Below are positions 62,363 through 64,000 of a stretch of DNA of 64,000 nt, piece after piece. The first letter of the stretch is position 1. Every line of letters begins with the position of its first letter. This DNA is from Candidatus Dormiibacterota bacterium. GTDB taxonomy: Bacteria; Chloroflexota; Dormibacteria; Aeolococcales; Aeolococcaceae. Location: the NCBI GenBank assembly GCA_963768105.1, contig CAVYGR010000001.1, positions 35,453-99,452 on the forward strand, in the 5' to 3' direction. The notes beneath the pieces are model-generated. The model made no database searches and was not told the DNA's origin. It was given only the letters and a program-made list of their open reading frames with translations. The translations under genes were made by a program, and so were the position numbers.

Positions 62363-63249
62363 GTGTCTTGCCTCTCCACGTGGGTAGTCCCCGCATACGC
62401 AAAGCTGAATCTGTCGCTCGTCGGTCGTCGCAACTCGCGCCGATGGCTGGCACGACATCGACAGCGTGCTGTCCCCATCGATTGGCACGACCTCATCGGC
62501 CTCAGCCTCTCGCTTTGCGGAGGCCGAGAGCGTGTCATTGACTGTGACCGGGCCGGCCGGCGGCAGGGGTACCGACCGGCGAGGCCAATCTGACCGTGCG
62601 CGCCGCGCGCGCTCTGGCCGTGCTCGCCGGGCGTCCCCTCGACCTCCGCCTGTGGTCTCAGCAAGGCCGTGCCGCACGGGGCGGGACTGGGCGGGGGGTC
62701 GGCCGACGCTGCGGCCGTGCTTCGAGCCGGAACCGCGATGCTGGCCGGGCTCGGCGTGGCGACCGATCCGGATCAGGTGGCCGCCGCGGCACTCGAAATC
62801 GGCAGTGACATCCCCGCGCTGCTCGAGGTCGAGGCGCACCGCGTGCGCGGTCGCGGTGAACGGTCGCAACCATGGCCGGCCCCGCGCTCCAGGTCGTGGT
62901 GGCCTCCACGGTGCCCAGCTCGACGGCGGCCACCTATGCGGCGCTCCGCCCCGAAGAGATGGGCGACGACGGTCGATCCGCGCGCCTCGCGGAGGTGCTG
63001 CAAGCCGGTGGTGCGCTCGACTCCTCCCTGCTCGGAAGTGCGCTCGAGCGCGCGGCCTGCCGCGCCGATCCTGTGCTCGGCGTCGCGCTCCAACGCGCCC
63101 GGGAGGTCATCCCAGGAATCGAGTGGCACCTGACCGGCAGCGGGGGCGCCGTGTTCGCGCTGACCCCCACGCGTACACGCTCTGAAGAGATCGCGTCGTC
63201 GATGCGCAATGCCGGATTCAATGCCCGAGCCTGCCGGACAGTCGGCTGA
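62363..63249 (+). pseudogene. ispE: 4-diphosphocytidyl-2-C-methyl-D-erythritol kinase IspE, fragmented by about six indels
   Basis: Pieces occur in order but in alternating frames: VVPAYAKLNLSLVGRR / DGWHDIDSVL / PIDWHDLIGLSL / RFAEAESVSLTVTGPAG / VPTGEANLTVRAARALAVLAG / SKAVPHGAGLGGGSADAAAVL...EIGSDIPALL...GRGE / QVVVASTVPSSTAATYAAL...LTGSGGAVFAL. Confidence 0.75.
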
Positions 63250-63278
63250 CCCCTTCCCGGACTACAATCCAGTTCTCA

Positions 63279-64000
63279 GTGGCTGTCGCCGACGCGCCTT
63301 CTGTCCTGCCGCCGACACCCGAAACCTGCGACCACCCCGCGCCGGTCACCGGTGTCCTCGCGCATGAGTTCGCTCACTACGAGGGCGCCGTCGGGCCCGA
63401 GGGACTGCGCCGAACCGTCACGTACTACGGGCCGATCGTCGGCGGTCTGCCCATTCGCGCCTGGCATTGCGAGAAGTGCGGGTTGCTCCGCCTCAGCTAT
63501 CCGGACGGCCGGACCGAGGAGCGCAGGCTGTTCCCCGGGCCGCAGCCGGGCCTCCTGGCGGCCGCGAGCCCAGTCGCCACCGAGCGTGAGTACTTCGGCA
63601 TGCAGGCACGCGTCTCCGGGCTGAGCGGTCAGCCGGCCTTTATCGACCAGCTGACCGGCGGGGCATCGGTCGCGCGGCCGCTGCAGCTCCCGACCATCAA
63701 CCTGCCCGCGTGGGACGCGATCACGTGGCTGACCGTGCTGGGGATGGTCTCGGTGCTCGTCGGGCTGCTCCTCGCCGGCCTCTTCGCCACGCTCTCGTAC
63801 AGCACGCCGAGCGTCGAACTGCCGCTGGTGCTGATCATCGTCGGCATCTTCGTCGGCGTGCTCGGCCTGCGCCTGCTCGTCGCCGCGATCCGCCACTTCG
63901 CCCCCGCCGAGCCGCTCAGTCCCAGCGCCGCGGAGCTGCTGCGCGGCAAACCCGAGGTCGACGCCACGACCAGGATCGTCATCACGCTGCTGGTGCGTCT
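63279..64000 (+). CDS. Hypothetical membrane protein with an N-terminal Cys-pair (zinc-ribbon-like) region, 3' partial
   Basis: The frame is open from GTG 63279 to the window end, so it is absent from the ORF track. CDHP...WHCEKCG is followed by two clear TM helices (AITWLTVLGMVSVLVGLLLAGLFA and LPLVLIIVGIFVGVLGLRLLVAAI). Third positions are GC-rich. Confidence 0.5.
   Translation, partial: MAVADAPSVLPPTPETCDHPAPVTGVLAHEFAHYEGAVGPEGLRRTVTYYGPIVGGLPIRAWHCEKCGLLRLSYPDGRTEERRLFPGPQPGLLAAASPVATEREYFGMQARVSGLSGQPAFIDQLTGGASVARPLQLPTINLPAWDAITWLTVLGMVSVLVGLLLAGLFATLSYSTPSVELPLVLIIVGIFVGVLGLRLLVAAIRHFAPAEPLSPSAAELLRGKPEVDATTRIVITLLVR

Overview
High-GC chromosome segment of actinobacterial type. The evidence for that is a bS22 mini-protein, a ClgR-like XRE regulator with clpP, rplU-rpmA-obg-nadD-rsfS synteny, and comEA-comEC-holA facing rpsT. 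The window has three blocks.

(1) 1-15.3 kb, housekeeping: a translationally coupled membrane-protein operon, maf, a DUF11 lipoprotein, rplU-rpmA-obg-nadD-rsfS, a rhomboid protease, a class A PBP, an orphan AAA+ ATPase, an XRE-clpP operon and a MOSC protein.

(2) 15.3-46.1 kb, a glycan island of about 31 kb. It holds a WbaP-like initiating phosphotransferase, GT2 and GT4 transferases, ugd plus uxs (UDP-GlcA to UDP-Xyl), seven SAM methyltransferase genes, a Wzx-type flippase, a GtrB-like/GT-C pair and two further giant GT-C-like membrane proteins. It also holds a full pseudaminic-acid pathway (pseB-C-G-F operon convergent with pseI-pseH) and an embedded RHH/Doc toxin-antitoxin pair.

(3) 46.6-64 kb: two tRNA-Ala genes, a stand-alone receiver, ccsA, bS22, HIT, a GT87-like protein, ohr, a five-gene peptide-type ABC importer, comEA-comEC-holA, rpsT, ispE and an open-ended membrane ORF.

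I saw no rRNA, CRISPR array, transposase or integrase.

The most unusual sequence-level signal is about 25 reading-frame breaks in otherwise well-conserved genes. The isolated breaks all sit on GAACTC/GAGTTC, which is GACTC with one duplicated A. The rest are packed into two short stretches, pseB and holA-rpsT-ispE. Because essential genes (holA, ispE, nadD) and a tRNA are affected, I read most of this as systematic sequence or assembly error rather than gene decay, but it needs checking. The best candidate for new biology is the methyltransferase-rich, xylose- and pseudaminic-acid-encoding glycan island.
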